DNA of 64,000 nucleotides from Podarcis filfolensis (taxonomy: Eukaryota). The stretch lies in the NCBI GenBank assembly GCA_964270895.1, contig OZ185444.1. One strand, written 5' to 3'. Numbering within the stretch: position 1 is the first letter of the stretch; every line of letters starts with the position of its first letter. The notes beneath the pieces are model-generated. The model saw nothing but the letters and a program-made list of their open reading frames with translations. It was not told where the DNA came from and did no database searches. Shown one piece after another: positions 62,371 through 64,000 of the stretch. A program made the position numbers and the translations under genes.

Positions 62371-62481
62371 ATGACAGTTGGTTTGCCTTAAAAAAAAAGG
62401 CATCATTTCATAAAGGAGGACCTGAAATGACAGTTGGTTTGCCTTAAAAAAAAAGGCATCATTTCATAAAGGAGGACCTGA
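62371..62481. repeat. Perfect 55-bp tandem duplication (period 56)
   Basis: atgacagttggtttgccttaaaaaaaaaggcatcatttcataaaggaggacctga at 62371 and 62427. Confidence 0.95.
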
Positions 62482-62964
62482 GAGTAACCAGAAAGAGACC
62501 TCTTTTGATCTATTTTATCCTTTTAGTAAGTGAAAAATGTCTGCCCATCAAGTGCTTGTCCTATTGTTGCTGAATGTCTAAGAGCTATTATACTTAAAAA
62601 GTAACTTCAGAACAGTCTAAAAATAATTAAAAATGGAAGTAAAGCAAATACAATCTAAAAAAAGGAGAGGTGACATTGGAGGGAATGCAGTTAGAGCAGA
62701 TAGGATGAAGGGTAATTCTTGCTGGACTAAGCTTTGGGGAGGGAAATCGAGGGCAGAAGAAAGATGTTTGACAGAAATGAAAATTTGCAGGAAACAAAAA
62801 AGGACATAATATGAAAGATTTCATAGAGGTAGCTGAGCAGGTCCTCCTGGACTGATACCCAATCTACACATTATGCAGACTGAGGTGACTGACTAGGGAT
62901 GGAGGAATTATAGCAGGGTGTTTGTACAGGAATCATATTTCTTCATATTGTGTAGCTCAGCTCT

Positions 62965-63054
62965 CAGTCTCATCCCTATCTAGGGATGCTGGGGATTGAA
63001 CCTGGAGCCTTTTGCATCCAAACAGATGCTCTACCACTGAACTATGACCCTTCC
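62965..63054 (-). mobile_element. tRNA-derived SINE head (Squam3-like)
   Basis: Reverse strand ggaagggtcatagttcagtggtagagcatctg...ggttcaatccc with A and B boxes. Confidence 0.65.
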
Positions 63055-63549
63055 ACCATAGGCTACTCTTTCTGCCAAGCTGTTGTAGCTGCTAGCTCTT
63101 TATCCAGAGTCAGGTTTCAGTCCATCTTGGAGACATAAACTGTATTTTCTCCTTTCTGCTTTCCAGGTTGCCAAAGAGCCTGGGTGCTGTCTTCCACTCT
63201 GGCCCCTTAACCCCCTACTCTGTGCCTATTCCAAACCCTATTGAAAAACTAGCAGGCAGGCAGCCAACTCCTTCACTTTTCACTGTGTTTTTTATTGTGC
63301 ACAATTAGTCTCCTTTCTTCCCCATACCTCCCACTGCTTCATAACAAGGGGAAGAAAGGAAGGAGGATGCTTAAATCCCTCCTGATTATCTGCTCCTGCT
63401 TCTCAAAAAGGGGTGAAGGGAGTTCAAGCAATACAAAAGCACCTGCTGTTTCCCAAGGAGAAGATGAGGGTAATTCTGAGCTTTCAAGCTCCTGACAGAC
63501 TCTAAGACTGTAGATGTTTTGAGAGTAGATTCTGCTTGCTTGTCTGGGT

Positions 63550-63597
63550 CGGCTCCTTCTCACTGGGTGAGCCTGTGTGTCTGAATGTGCATGCATG

Positions 63598-63663
<66 letters not shown>

Positions 63664-64000
63664 CTGCTGCTGTCATCACAGATGTACCCCCAGCTGTCAC
63701 TCCACCCTGCTCCGTCTCTTCCTCTCTCTTTCTCTCTTCTCTCTCCTCCCCACTTGGCGCTTTCTCGATTATTCAGCTGACTGCCGTCCCTATTGCACAC
63801 AGCTATCTCCCCTTTACTCCACTGCTGCACTTCCGATGGTTCCAGAGTCTTGGCATCATGCAGGGCGAAGGGGGATGATGCCGAGCGGCGCTTTACGAGC
63901 GCTTGCCTGCCTGCCTGCACATCGCTTGCACAGAAACGTTGGGATACCCACAACAGGGTTTGGCAACTCTAAAGAGACTCCATCCCAGCCAGCAGAGAAC
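63550..64000 (+). promoter_or_regulatory. Putative promoter / first non-coding exon of a nested + strand gene, probably LRTM2
   Basis: Abrupt rise in GC/CpG after a (CT)n(GT)n tract with a pyrimidine-rich leader; synteny recalled from amniotes (LRTM2 nested antisense in the CACNA2D4 intron upstream of the FLQRKFW exon); no LRR coding sequence in the window. Confidence 0.4.
63598..63663. repeat. (CT)n(GT)n compound microsatellite
   Basis: Direct reading. Confidence 0.95.

Noticed and set aside
63339-63953. Longest ORF in the track (204 aa, - strand)
   Set aside because: Runs through the (CT)n(GT)n repeat (THTHT, ERERER); low-complexity artefact with no recognisable domain
1-64000. CRISPR arrays, prokaryotic or viral genes, rRNA, snoRNA or miRNA genes
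   Set aside because: None recognised by eye; the sequence is spliced vertebrate DNA. A covariance-model scan would be needed to exclude small ncRNAs

Overview
Vertebrate (squamate, most likely lacertid lizard, judged from the Sauria-SINE/BovB/CR1 repeat content) genomic window holding two convergent protein-coding genes. On the + strand is the complete coding region of ADIPOR2 (adiponectin receptor 2): 7 coding exons, 434-20219, 382 aa, all GT-AG introns with consistent phases. On the - strand are the last 12 exons of CACNA2D4 (calcium channel alpha2delta-4), 56803 down to the stop at 24735, joining into one open frame of 285 codons including the stop. CACNA2D4 contains a U12-type AT-AC minor intron (25409-27228) and a 21-nt frame-preserving microexon (37059-37079). 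The microexon sits at the predicted alpha2/delta cleavage site and is preceded by a very dense YCAY cluster and a long AG-free zone. The right end (about 63.55-64 kb) looks like a promoter/5'UTR on +, probably LRTM2, which is nested in this CACNA2D4 intron in other amniotes; this is a synteny inference and no LRTM2 coding sequence is visible. Introns carry Sauria SINEs, CR1, L2, RTE and BovB fragments, tRNA-derived SINEs, Tc1/mariner and hAT MITEs, microsatellites and one 135-N assembly gap. I found no CRISPR array, viral or otherwise wholly new system. The most interesting signals concern splicing regulation of CACNA2D4. All coordinates, counts and homology calls were made by eye from recalled sequences, without database searches.
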